A stretch of DNA of 60,805 bases, counting the filler, from Globobulimina sp. (lineage: Eukaryota): NCBI GenBank assembly GCA_003354225.1. It is 8 parts of 8 records of this genome, joined end to end, with 100 filler letters (N's around TTAATTAATTAA, not from the genome) between each part and the next. Parts side by side here need not be neighbours in the genome. Positions count along the whole stretch, not along the records: positions 22,874 to 30,394 come from PIVH01000147.1; positions 30,495 to 38,011 come from PIVH01000148.1; 6 more parts are not named here. One strand, 5' to 3'. Position numbers and translations under genes: made by a program. Positions 26,072-38,111 of the stretch are shown here, one piece after another; the stretch's first letter is position 1; the number at the start of each line of letters is the position of its first letter. Under the pieces are notes generated by a model. That model was not told the DNA's origin and searched no databases. It saw only the letters and a program-made list of their open reading frames with translations.

Positions 26072-26246
26072 AACGACCTTGTACTGTTTAAAAAATATGT
26101 TGTAGGTAATATGTATTATGCGATCAGTTTGGACGTTATGTACTCAGTTATAAGTTTTCGCCCAGCCGAGCAAACAAGTAGTTTTTGACAAACATAAAGT
26201 AAATAACATTAGTAGAAGTGGTGTTATTAGTAAATAAGTCAATATT

Positions 26247-28538
26247 TTATTCTTTTGTGGTGGACGGGACTCCCCAGGTACAATCTCGTTCGATTCCTAA
26301 ATTATCCGAATACATCTTTATTCGAAAGAAACCTTCTTCTCCCTATATATCATTCATATTATAATTAACCCACAAAAATATAAACACACTCATACCCAAT
26401 AAGTACCCCATGAATTCCTGACAACCCAATATTCCTCATCCGCAGCAGTAATGCCCCAGCCAATTACAGAAATTTCATGATTTAGTAGTGGAAATACCTT
26501 CCTTTCACTGAATACACCGCCCGTATATTCATCCAATTGCGGCGTTGCATCAATACCGCACGAAATATGCCCACGAGCATATATCTCTTTTTTCATATTA
26601 TCAGCACCATTGACAGCACCATATTCCGTCACCCAATATAATTGAAATGTAGTTTGTGGAAAACAAGTTCCCGGCCAAAAATTCGACGACGAATTTCCAG
26701 AAACACAATTTTCACAAATATTCAAATTTGTATTGTTGCCATGAGGATCATCTTTTGCTTGATATTGTTGACAGGTTTCATCAGCGATACCATTCTCTTT
26801 CACATATCTCATAACATGAACTGCTGCGCCGCCATAACAGGTCCCTCCACCATGCTCATTGATCAATATTTGTGGAGCCAAATTAATCTCAGGCCAAATA
26901 TTACCATTTGCTTTGCTTGTATTACTGTAACCTCTTTGTATCGACAATCTATCTGATAACATACTCGTTGTTGCGAATGCCCAACAACTTCCACAATCTA
27001 ATAAACAAATTCAATCAAATATATATGCTTAATGGCAACAATATATTTCTACGTCATGTACTTAACATTGTGGAATATGTTGATTCCGCACCAATGTCGC
27101 ATAGTTAACTCCCTATAATATTTTGATTGTTAGCAATGTATGTTCAGTGTTTGACATACGTGGAATGGGTTGTTTTCGTATCTAAACGTTACGGAAATAA
27201 CTCATGCCACATATGCAGCATTGGTGGACATAATTAACATTAATATCATTCCAAACCCATTTATCAGGCAAATCCTCAGTCTTTATGTAATTTTGAGGCA
27301 ATGGATTCACAATGTAAGCACCACCATATTTGCTCCAATCATTCTTTGGTGGTCTACCTGGAAACTGCATATATTTCATTTTCTGCACATTAACATTAAC
27401 ATTTGAAGTATTTTGCCAATATGGAGCATCCTCAGGATTCGCATAAACACAATGTTGCTCAATACCCAACATATCGACACCACGAACAATTCGGAAATAG
27501 CCCTAGATATAAAAAATAATTCGAAAGTCAATATACAGCATAATACGAATACAAAACAAACGTGATATCCCCAGTAAGTGCCCCATGAATTGCGACCAAT
27601 CCAATACTTTTCACCTTGTTCACTTTCACCATATCCAACCAGTGAGACAACATGATCAGTAATGGTAAAATTGATTGGCGCGGAATAAATCTCAAACGAT
27701 GACAAATTCTGAAAACCAGCAGCATGCGAATAGATGGAACATGCAATGGGCCCATCCTGTAAAGCTTGTATCATTGGCGTCTCCCTATTACAATAACCAT
27801 GTTCTTTAATTTTCCATATTTGATGAGGAAATTGGGCAAAACAACTTGTATCATTGTCGCCGACTGGGCAATTCTTACAACGCGCTTCGTCATTGCAAAT
27901 ATTGCCGGTGTCGTGTCCGGTGGCTTGATATGGTGCACATGTTTCAGACGTTATTCCGTGTTCTAAAATATATTGATATGCCATGTTGGTATCGCCACCG
28001 CGACATCCATCGTTTTGTAGATCACAATCTAATAATACTTGCGGTGACAAATTCCTTTTTGGTTGTTGAGTGTTTATATGTTTGTGTATCGACAATGAGT
28101 TACGTACCATTCAGGAAACGCATTTTTCTGTTGGATCATTATTCTGTCGGATAATGCCGATGTAGTTGCCATTGCTGCATTGAATAAATATTTTGATTGC
28201 AATTCAATATAAAATAAATATAGTTATTACATACCCCAACATGCACCACAGTAATTGGGAATATCTGTATATTAGAAATTAGAGTTTTAAGTTTAATTAT
28301 TGTTGTTGACTTAACGTTGATTTCGCGTCCACGTTGTGTATCGTTGTTGATCTCGCCATCTCCAATCTATTTCAGTTGGTAATGCTGATAAATCACTATA
28401 TTTATTTTCCGGTCTATTCGCATCATCTAAGAAAAAATCCACTGGATTATCATTTGGATAATAACATGGTATGTGTGGATCAAAGCAAAATACACATTTG
28501 CTCGATGCTAACAGTAATATGGCTAAAGAGTTCATCAT
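26247..28538 (-). CDS. Tandem double-domain cathepsin Z/X-like C1A cysteine protease, multi-exon
   Basis: Signal peptide. Domain 1: TRNQ/IPNYCGACW (30-nt micro-exon 28235-28264), DHVVSLVGYG, GRNSWG. Domain 2: RNQHIPQ/CGSCW, NHEISVIGWG, VRNSWG. The last exon ends CTWGVPSTTKE with stop at 26247-26249. Confidence 0.88.
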
Positions 28539-28600
28539 AAAGTCCCAACAGGCAACGTACAGTGACTCCCAACTTTTTTTTGCAAAACTTTTCCAAATTC

Positions 28601-30373
28601 ATGACCTCAGATTGGAAAGTACCACAAGAACCACACGCTCGAGTACCGCTTAATGTTGCTGACAAAAGCATTAATTACGAGGCTGCAGCATTTACTCAAC
28701 ACGAAAAATTATTGTTAGATAATTTCTGTTCGTTTATAACCAATGCATATATTTTTATAATACAGATGGATATCAGTTGACAGAATAGATAAGTTTTTAG
28801 ACAACAAACAATGGACCGATGCTAATTTAAGTAAACATCGATTATATTATGCGAAATGTCCACCAGTCCGCATGGACGTATATTCACCTGATCCAAAAAC
28901 CGAATTACGACCCTTATTCAACACAGTAATGGAGGAATGCAAATGGACAAACTGTAAAGTTGATGACTCCTTTGGTCCATCATGGAGCTCACATTGGTTT
29001 AAATTGCTATTACAACCAAAAGAATCATGGCCCCACAATGCGGAGGTTCATTTATTATGGAATTCAAAGTTAATTTTATAATTCCCATATCCTCGCACAT
29101 CGTAACATATTTCATGACTCCATATAGCACCGAAGCAACATTATGGAGCGAAAAAGGTGTTTGTTTGCAAGGATTTGCCGGTGGCACAGACCAAATTCGT
29201 GAGGAATACATGTTTGCCGCAGATACCACATTCCCATTGACGGTCTATATAGAAATGGCATGCAATAATCGCTTCGGTGTTGGCGAGGACTTTCTCGGTC
29301 CGCCCCCAGCCAATGAAACATTTAAAGTGGAAACATGCAGTTTAGGTTGGTTTAACCGCAAAGCTTGGGATTTGATGTGGGATTTAAGAGTACTCCTCGA
29401 TTTACAAAAGAAAATGGATAAAGAGTCGCAACCAAGTTTACAAATCTTGCGTGCAACCAATAATATATTAAATAATATCGACCCGTTGGATGAAAGTACA
29501 TATGCAAAAGGCAGGGAGTTAGCTGCTAAAATCATGTATGCCAACACCACAAATGCGGCATATGGCGATGTTCCCGATGCAAAAACAGATGATTGCAATG
29601 ATTATAATTACTGCGGAGCTCATACTGTCTACGCAGTGGGGAACTGCCATATTGATACAGCGTGGTTATGGCCCTACGGCGAGACCAGAAGGAAAGTGGC
29701 AAGGTCCTGGGCGTCGCAGTTGCAATTAATGAAGTTGTATAACACGAAAGAGCTTAATTTGAATTATAATTTCACTGCTTCGCAGGCGCAGCAATTCCAA
29801 TGGTTATTAGAAGATTGTCCAGAATTATTCCAACGGATACAAGCGCAGAGTAACAATAATTCGTTTCATGTGGTGGGCGGAACCTGGGTCGAAATGGATG
29901 GCAATATACCTTCCGGAGAGGGCTTTGTCCGGCAATTTTTATATGGACAGGAATTTTTTTTGAAGCATTTTGGGCGGCGATGCAAAATATTTTGGTTGCC
30001 AGACACGTTTGGATACAGTGGCCAGTTGCCGCAAATCATTCGACAGTCCGGAATCGATTATTTTTTGACACAGAAGCTGTCGTGGAATTTGATTAATAAG
30101 TTCCCGCATCATTCGTTTATCTGGGAAGGTATTGATGGGAGCAGTGTGCTGACACATTTCCCGCCGGCGGATACCTACGTGGCGCAGTGTAATGTTGGCG
30201 ATGTGTTGCAGTCGAGGGATAATTATAAGAATAAGTCGTGTAATCGTGAGAGTATGCTGTTGTTTGGATGGGGTGATGGTGGCGGCGGGCCAACCACCAT
30301 GCATTTAGGTAAAAATTATATAATTATATTTTTCAATCTGTTAAACGCTGTTAAATCTCAGTTGGGAGATTGA
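28601..30373 (+). CDS. MAN2C1: GH38 cytosolic/vacuolar alpha-mannosidase (MAN2C1/Ams1 type), multi-exon, 3' partial
   Basis: FGPSWSSHWF, IEMACN, GNCHIDTAWLWP, GGTWVEMD, WLPDTFGYS and FGWGDGGGGP. Confidence 0.9.
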
Positions 30374-30394
30374 AAAATATAATTATTTGCATGT

Positions 30395-30494
30395 NNNNNN
30401 NNNNNNNNNNNNNNNNNNNNNNNNNNNNNNNNNNNNNNTTAATTAATTAANNNNNNNNNNNNNNNNNNNNNNNNNNNNNNNNNNNNNNNNNNNN
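30395..30494. other. Artificial contig-join spacer
   Basis: N44-TTAATTAATTAA-N44. Confidence 0.98.
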
Positions 30495-33400
30495 TTGTTT
30501 AATAATACATTTTACCCTACTTGGAGATGGTTTTAACTTATAATCTATATTATATTTATTACAACAATTTATAGCGTGTTTTATCCAAGATTTTTTTCCT
30601 GGATTGTTGTAATATGTTATTAATTGTTCGTTAATAGCTAGTTTCACTAAATTATTATTTGTTAATGTTAATAAATGGATCAGATAGTTAATTGTTCTTT
30701 TATCTGCTTCCATTTGCATTGGCATGATGTCAGTTTCTCCATATAATACCGCTCTATGGGTATGTCTGGGAAGTTTAGCAATCATCCTAATGAATTCTCT
30801 TTGATGAACTTCAATTTTCTTAAAAGTGTTATTTGAATATTCTATAGCAGAAATACCATGTAACACTTTAGGTTGTACGTAAGTAGTCCATATTTTGGTG
30901 CCATATACGGCTTGTCGTGCTGTAGCTGATGCAGGTTGAAAGCATTTATATACTTCCTTCCTTGTTTTACCAGCTAATTCTCTTCTATGTTTTGATAGTA
31001 TATCTGCTCCTGATTTTGCAATAGTTATACCTAGATATTTAGCTTCACCTTCTTCTTTGATATTTATTGTTTTAGTCTCAGTTTCAGATATGTACATAGT
31101 TCCTAATTTCCATAATCTATCATTAATTACTTTTCTTCTTAAAGGAATAATCAAGCTTTTTGGCCCTGAAAATTCAATTTTCCATCTTTGCGCATAATTT
31201 CCTACTATTTTTAATAATTTAGTCATATTATATTCCGAAGAAGCAAATAATAACATATCATCCGCAAAAAATATGCCTGATATTATTTTTGAGCATTCAT
31301 CGGAACCTATTTCAATCCCTAAATCACTATTTTCTATTTCCCGTCCTAGGTCTGCTATATATAGCGCCCATAGACTGGGGGACATAGTGCATCCTTGTCG
31401 TAATCCGACTTCCATATCTAATGGTTCTGTTAATTGATCCTGGAACGATATTATTGCTTGAGGATTATGGTAGCTACTTTCAATAGCTCTTACTAATTTA
31501 TCTGGAAATCCATAATCTCTTAATTTTTTCCATAAACCTTTTCGCCATACTCTATCATAAGCTTTGCATATGTCAAGTAATGCTAAGGTACTATTTCTAG
31601 ATTTCGGTAATCTTTTTGCTTTTAAAACTGTATGTTGTATAACTAAAATACAGTCTTCAATTCTCTTATTGGCTCTAAAACCATGTTGAATATTACCTAA
31701 TATATTCTTTTCTTCAGTGATTTTTTCTAATCTTTTTGTAAGAATTGTTAGATACACTTTACATAAATTACATCCTAAACATAAGGTTCTGTAATTTGAT
31801 ATTTTACTTTTTGATCCTTTCTTATGTAATAATGTTACTTCTTGTACTTTTCCAATATCTGGATAGTACCCTGTATTATACCATCTATTGAATAGTAGTA
31901 ATACATTATCTTTCATTTCAGTTGGCCAATTTTTAATAAATTCTGGAGGAATATTAGTGGTTCCTGCAGAAGTGCCATTTTTTAATCTTGATATAGCTTC
32001 ATTTAACTCTTTCATCGTTAGATCTCTTTCTATATCGATTCGATCATTTCCTTTAATTATACCATCTAATCCTACTCTTTTCATTTCGTCATTAGCTTCA
32101 GGCCAAATTCCTAATGTAAAAATATCGTTCCAAAAATTTGATAAATGATTATTAATTTTTTCGGTTCCATTTATTGGTTCATTATTGTTGTCCAAAAGTG
32201 TAACCGGTTCTTTTACTCCTCTTTTTAAATGTTTCATCGTGTCATATAATTGATGAAATCTCCTTCTTGGATTAGCTAACCATTTATTATGCGCTTTTTC
32301 GACTCTAGCCATTTCAGTTTTTTGTCTTAATTCTCTTTGATCTTTTATTAATTCAAATAATTCTTTTAATAAAGCTTTCGAATCTCCATTATTATGTCTG
32401 AGATTCTTTCTTATATCAGTAATTTTGTTTTTTAATTTTTTTGCTCTATTTGATAGTCTTGCCTTTTTATTGGGTTTCTTCTTATACCCTATTGTTTGCT
32501 CGGCTGCAGTTGTCATATGATTTAATATTACATTTTCATCAAGTTCTTCCTCTTTAATTGTAGCTAATTGAATTAATTTGTCCCTATAAGGTTTCCAATT
32601 TAAGTCATCAGTTATATTCCATCTCTTTTTGTTATTATTAATATTTTGATTTGTAGATTTATTTATTTTATTTTGATATATATCAAATTCCGCAAATATG
32701 AAACAGTGATCAGCATTTCCTGTTCCTAATTGGGTATTTGTTTCATCAATATACATAGATTTTATTTTACTATAGGGAGAATTTAAAACCAAATCAAGTA
32801 CCTGAGGTTTTGTATTTTGTTTGTGAAAACCCCAGGTCCATAATCCTTTAGTTTTATTTGAGTCATTTGTTAATGTAAGATTTGAGTTATTTATAAACTC
32901 TCTAATTAGATATCCATTGTCATTTATTTCAATATGATTACCTTTAATGCCATGGATGTCATTTCCTATATGTCCATTAAAATCTCCCACCATAACAATT
33001 TCATAATTTTGTCTCATACACCATTTTATGTGGTTAATTAGTCTGAGACTTAATTCAAAATTAAATGAATGGGTAGTATTATCTCTATTACTTTGATTCT
33101 TGAAATATACAGTACAGATTGCCACTGGGCCTACATTTTGGCATAGTACCCATAAATAGTGGTTGCTTATGTCGTCATTAAAACCATCTATATCTAATTT
33201 AGTTGGTTTAATCTTATTATGACCCCATATGCTAATTCCGCCTGTTTTAGTACCAGTTTGCATCTTATGAAATCCTACATATTCATCGAAATCATGAATG
33301 TCTAACACAGTTTTTAATCTGGTTTCAACAAAACACAACACAGAAGGTTTTAATTTATTAATATTATCATCAATCAGATCAAATTTATTTTTAATAGAAC

Positions 33401-33524
33401 AGATATTATTATACAGTATTGATATATGTTTGAAATCTTTAGATTTTTCATCATTTTGAACATCATCATCTTTTGTTTCATTATCTTTACTATGTTGATC
33501 ATCATCATCATCTTGGCGTTCCAT
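30495..33524 (-). CDS. LINE ORF2: apurinic endonuclease + reverse transcriptase (frame open from 33623), 3' partial
   Basis: APE motifs ILYNN, VET, GDFNGH, LDL and ADH; RT motifs NYRTL, QHGFR, DICKAYDRV, GLRQGC.MSP, FADD and YLG. Confidence 0.95.
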
Positions 33525-33613
33525 TTTTGTTACATAAGGTGTAGAATAATTAATATTATTAATATTATTTACTAAGTTATTATTAATGTATGTTTGGGAT
33601 TTGCCGTCCCTTT

Positions 33614-36600
33614 TTAGTTTTCCTTAGGATCCAATTGTAACGATTTATTCGAAATTCCAAATGTCCATGTTAATAAAGCTTCTCTTACTATTTCAACAGC
33701 TAATACTTTCTTACCATTTTTGGTTAAGTGTATGCCATATAGAAATACTTTTAATATATCTTCTGATGAAGACATGGTTTTTACTTTCTGCAGCTGTCTT
33801 GCAGCTTGCATTATTGCATAAGTTAATTGTATATATCTAATAGGTAATACATTTTCTACTGCATATGAATGCACTTTTTGTGCCATATATCTTTCGATTT
33901 CTAATGATAAATTCATATGTCCCGGATCGTCAATATTGCGCAAATATTCAGATTGTCCACCTCCTTGGATAGGTTGGGTGAAATTTAATAATATAGCACA
34001 ATTTGGATTTTTCTTACTAATATCATGACATATTTCAAAAGCCGTATGTAATATTTTATCGGCATATTTAATACTCCTTTCTTTAATTTGTTTTGGAGTG
34101 ATATTGTCATTAGTCATATCGGATTTCCAGCCATGTATTATGTCGCTGTAATCCATAACATATTTTAATACTATGACTTTTTCGTCACCTTTAATAAGAG
34201 TTTCTACTATCGTATGGGTTTGTCGTAACCGTAGACTTACTGCACCTTTTCCTATAGATTTTACTCCACCATATATTGGTAATCTTCGTAAAAATGTTTC
34301 ACTAAATACTTCTGTAATAGGGTCTTCTAGACCTACAGAGGTAGAGTCACCGATCATGAATATTTTCAGATACGGAAATCTTAATTTTTGGATATTAATG
34401 GATGACTGGAAAGATTCAAAGATTCTTTCTTTTAATTCATTTAATGCTAATCCACTAATAGTACCTCTTTCTCCTTCACTGCCATAAATTCTTAGGCATT
34501 CCGGAGCCCATCCATCCTTTTCATTTCCTAAATCATGATCAGTGTATGGTTTTAATACGTTAGCTTCAAGATTATTAGCTGGTATATATTTCTTTTGATA
34601 AATGATCGTGGTCATAATCGCTCTTATAGCTTCTCGATCTTCTTCTAATTTTGTTTTTCTTTCCTCTATTAATTTCTCCTGTTTACTCTTTTTACTAATA
34701 GTAGAATGTGTCGAAGATGCAGCGCTTTTGACTGAATTCGATCTTGATCTTTGTTCTCCATATGTTGGATCATATTCGTCATTACTGGTTAATTTAGGGG
34801 TTCTTCTTCTTGATGGTCTTGGTTTACTTGATGAGGCATCATAGGAACTTGGGAAATCTGGTGAGATGCTTTTTGCAGATATTCCAGATTCTGATGCCAT
34901 TGATATTACTGATGCCGATCTTGATGATTTAGCTGATGATGTTCTTGGTCTTTTACCACTACTAATTGTTGATATTCCTTGTTCAAGGTCTTTCATATTT
35001 ATATCTCTTGATGAGTCCGTTACTGCTGACCATCCATAATCCGAAATATGAATCGTAGATGTATCATCAAAGCTTTGTGCTGCTGTTAATTTGTCTTCTT
35101 TACTTTTTAATTTTGCTAATTTTTCTTTGACCTTTTTATTTGCATCAGCTAATTTTTGTTTAATCCAAGGAAGATTCGTAATATTGAATTTGGGATTATT
35201 CCTCATATCAAAATGATAAAATCTTGTTTCTCTTAATTTATCAAAATTTCCTTTTGCTAATGGTTGTTTTGATGTGCAATTGCAAATATTTAATTCTAAT
35301 TGTGTTTTAATTTCCTTTTCATTATCTAAATGTTTAATTGTCCAGAGTTGACGTAATTCTTCGAATTCTTTGTCAATTCCTTGTCTTACTATTTTAGGAG
35401 ATTCAGTATATTTGGAAATAAATTGAGAGCAAAAGTTTCCTATTACATTACCAATTAAATTTCCTTCGTAATTTTCTCCTTCTAATTTGTCAATAAATAT
35501 ATTTTTATTTCGGGCATTATATCCGATGCCCAATTCTTTATTTGTTGATAAAAACAAGAATGTCACATCTTCATAATGTCCAATTTTTCCTAATAATGTT
35601 GCGAATTTTTGATCATATTCGATTCTAATTCGTAACCAGTCATTAAATTTTGTTGATTTATACGCTGCATTAATTTCTTCTGAATAATCTTGATAATTTT
35701 TAATAGGAAGATCTTCTAATAGTGATGTATAGATTTCATAAGTCATCCGTTGAGTTAATTTCCATACTAAATCCCAGTCTTTACATGTGATGGCCATTTG
35801 TACTTTTAAGTAATGGTCAAAACATGTATAAGTAACACTACCTTCGTAGTCCCAGGGAAGGGTATCATCTTCATCAATTTTAGATTCAAAAGGGAATACA
35901 CCTTCTGTTAATGATTCATAACCCCATGAAAATGGGTCATTTTTCGTACCTCCTACTAAAAATTCGTTATGTAGTCTTAATGGTTTTTCTTGAATTAGTA
36001 CATTATCTTCAGATCTCTCTTCTGTTGTAGAAGTTGCCGTCGGATATTGTATTGATAAATTTTTTACTAATATTTCTAATTCATTAATACGTCGTTCATA
36101 ATCGTCATTAGTATTATTTGATATTCCCAAATCTCTATTGACTCCTTTTTGGATTTCTTCATCTAATAGAGATTTGTATCCTAATAACTCGTTTGATATT
36201 ATTCTTAATTGATTTTGTAAATTAGTTACTCTTGAATCATCTATTTTACATTCATGATCAGAAGAATCTTGTAAATGTTTTTTTAGATTCTCTTTCGTAG
36301 ATATATTATGAGCTTGTGCTTTACTAGCCATACGCAAATTATTAGTTATGAAAACCGAATTTACTGAAGCAAATTTGGTCAAATTAACCAAGGATTGCAT
36401 AGAAGAGTGGCACGTGGCCGTTAATTTAATACTAATTTCGTAAAACATTTTATGAATTGTCATTAAAGCATTATAAATTTCTGTACCTTTTGGTACATTA
36501 TTTTCACTTTCTAATATTAATTTCATAATCTCACTATGTTCTTGTAACATTTGAGACATGTTTTCTCTAGTTGCATGTGTATTTAATATTAATTCAGATA

Positions 36601-37951
36601 ATTGAAGTCCTGATTGTTCAATAAAGGAATGTCTATCTTTAGCGATACCTTTATTGTTATCACTGACAAACGTATCCTTTAATAAATTTTCATTTTGAGC
36701 AGAGAATTTATAGGTTCTGTTACTCGAAACAGTAATATTTTTATTTTCTGTTAATGTTACTGCTTCATCAATTAATTTTTTGTATTCATCTTCTCTTGGA
36801 GATAAATTAGATGGAACCATAGTTAATCTATCGTCTTCTTGTTGACCTAGTCCCATAGGCGTTGTGCCTTGATTAGGGATTTCGGTCGAAGTACTAATAT
36901 TACTATTATTCAAATTGTCGTTTGGGTCCTGCATATTACCTGAAACAAAAACATTATTAGATGCAGAATTATTCATAGCTAAATCTAATTCATCACATTT
37001 AATCATATCTTTCACACGATCAGCTTCTTGTAAATTTTTCACAATTACTGACGTCGTTCGTTTTTTATTTAGTGATGAATGAGTATTTTCGTACTTTTTA
37101 TACATATTACGAACTTTTTGTTCAGATTTACTATAATATACGGTACTCAATTTCTTATTTCTATGTGGAGTATTACTCATAATAAAATAATAATAAAAAA
37201 ATTTAATAAAATTTAATTTACTTACTAATTTTGATTTCTTAATATTTGGAAATCTTCTTTTACTTGATATTCTTTTATTAAAGCCAGATTCGGAAAACAA
37301 AAAATAAGGCACGATGATTTCACCCGTATTCAATAAATCACCCGTATAATCGCTTTGTTTTCTTCGAGAATGACGAGAAACACGAAAACTTTTTTTGAAG
37401 TGGTGTGTACCGTATCGTCGCTCAGCGTTCGGGTTACTGTATAAATATTTGGTTTTTGGTTTAATGTCAACGTTTTTACTAAGGACGTTACTAACACGAG
37501 CTCCAATTGGTGCACCATTTTCATACAAACAGTGCCCATTTGATTTCGTCGTCGTTTTTGTCCTAATATTCTTTGATAAATATCTCAAAAATTTTGAAAT
37601 TTTTCCCATTTTTTTTTGATTTAAAGTACTTAAATTACTATATTTAACATCTTTGTCATAGGAATTAATAAAATTCTTGATATTCGTAGTGGGAGCTATT
37701 TTTTTGTGTCCCTCCTTACTTTTTTCATGTTGTATTTTGAGCTCCGAAGGAATACATTTTGATGGCTCAGTGCGAACTATTTCTGAGTTTTCATGTAAAC
37801 TGCGCCCATCTGTTCCAGTATTATTAATCGATATATTAATTGAAATATTTTTAGCCTTTAAATTACTAGGTATTTTAATGATTATACTTTCATCCATGTC
37901 TGAAGGTAAGCTATTTGAGATTTTTTCACTTATAGCTTTTGGCCCAACCAA
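33614..37951 (-). CDS. LINE ORF1 (1445 aa or more): coiled coil, NADAR-like domain (about 35420-35965), Ser-rich linker, SGNH-like domain (about 33650-34370)
   Basis: NADAR-like DPFSWGY..TYTCFDHYLKVQMA..ELGIG..GNLIGNVI; SGNH-like IFMIGDS..YGIHLTKNGKKVLA. Confidence 0.85.
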   Translation of the reverse strand: MVGPKAISEKISNSLPSDMDESIIIKIPSNLKAKNISINISINNTGTDGRSLHENSEIVRTEPSKCIPSELKIQHEKSKEGHKKIAPTTNIKNFINSYDKDVKYSNLSTLNQKKMGKISKFLRYLSKNIRTKTTTKSNGHCLYENGAPIGARVSNVLSKNVDIKPKTKYLYSNPNAERRYGTHHFKKSFRVSRHSRRKQSDYTGDLLNTGEIIVPYFLFSESGFNKRISSKRRFPNIKKSKLVSKLNFIKFFYYYFIMSNTPHRNKKLSTVYYSKSEQKVRNMYKKYENTHSSLNKKRTTSVIVKNLQEADRVKDMIKCDELDLAMNNSASNNVFVSGNMQDPNDNLNNSNISTSTEIPNQGTTPMGLGQQEDDRLTMVPSNLSPREDEYKKLIDEAVTLTENKNITVSSNRTYKFSAQNENLLKDTFVSDNNKGIAKDRHSFIEQSGLQLSELILNTHATRENMSQMLQEHSEIMKLILESENNVPKGTEIYNALMTIHKMFYEISIKLTATCHSSMQSLVNLTKFASVNSVFITNNLRMASKAQAHNISTKENLKKHLQDSSDHECKIDDSRVTNLQNQLRIISNELLGYKSLLDEEIQKGVNRDLGISNNTNDDYERRINELEILVKNLSIQYPTATSTTEERSEDNVLIQEKPLRLHNEFLVGGTKNDPFSWGYESLTEGVFPFESKIDEDDTLPWDYEGSVTYTCFDHYLKVQMAITCKDWDLVWKLTQRMTYEIYTSLLEDLPIKNYQDYSEEINAAYKSTKFNDWLRIRIEYDQKFATLLGKIGHYEDVTFLFLSTNKELGIGYNARNKNIFIDKLEGENYEGNLIGNVIGNFCSQFISKYTESPKIVRQGIDKEFEELRQLWTIKHLDNEKEIKTQLELNICNCTSKQPLAKGNFDKLRETRFYHFDMRNNPKFNITNLPWIKQKLADANKKVKEKLAKLKSKEDKLTAAQSFDDTSTIHISDYGWSAVTDSSRDINMKDLEQGISTISSGKRPRTSSAKSSRSASVISMASESGISAKSISPDFPSSYDASSSKPRPSRRRTPKLTSNDEYDPTYGEQRSRSNSVKSAASSTHSTISKKSKQEKLIEERKTKLEEDREAIRAIMTTIIYQKKYIPANNLEANVLKPYTDHDLGNEKDGWAPECLRIYGSEGERGTISGLALNELKERIFESFQSSINIQKLRFPYLKIFMIGDSTSVGLEDPITEVFSETFLRRLPIYGGVKSIGKGAVSLRLRQTHTIVETLIKGDEKVIVLKYVMDYSDIIHGWKSDMTNDNITPKQIKERSIKYADKILHTAFEICHDISKKNPNCAILLNFTQPIQGGGQSEYLRNIDDPGHMNLSLEIERYMAQKVHSYAVENVLPIRYIQLTYAIMQAARQLQKVKTMSSSEDILKVFLYGIHLTKNGKKVLAVEIVREALLTWTFGISNKSLQLDPKEN

Positions 37952-38011
37952 ATTTTGGGTAGGATCCGTATTCCCTGTATTATTTAGGGTTGGTAATGGT
38001 CGAGCTACTGG

Positions 38012-38111
38012 NNNNNNNNNNNNNNNNNNNNNNNNNNNNNNNNNNNNNNNNNNNNTTAATTAATTAANNNNNNNNNNNNNNNNNNNNNNNNNNNNNNNNN
38101 NNNNNNNNNNN
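38012..38111. other. Artificial contig-join spacer
   Basis: N44-TTAATTAATTAA-N44. Confidence 0.98.

Larger units (their letters stand above)
30495..38011 (-). mobile_element. Non-LTR retrotransposon (LINE; RTE/RTEX-like by motif impression), both ends cut by contig ends
   Basis: Intronless, with an A-rich coding strand; a long ORF1 is followed by an APE-RT ORF2. Confidence 0.92.

Noticed and set aside
30495-33524. RT as a prokaryotic retron, DGR or group II intron
   Set aside because: The N-terminal APE endonuclease and upstream ORF1 define a eukaryotic non-LTR element.
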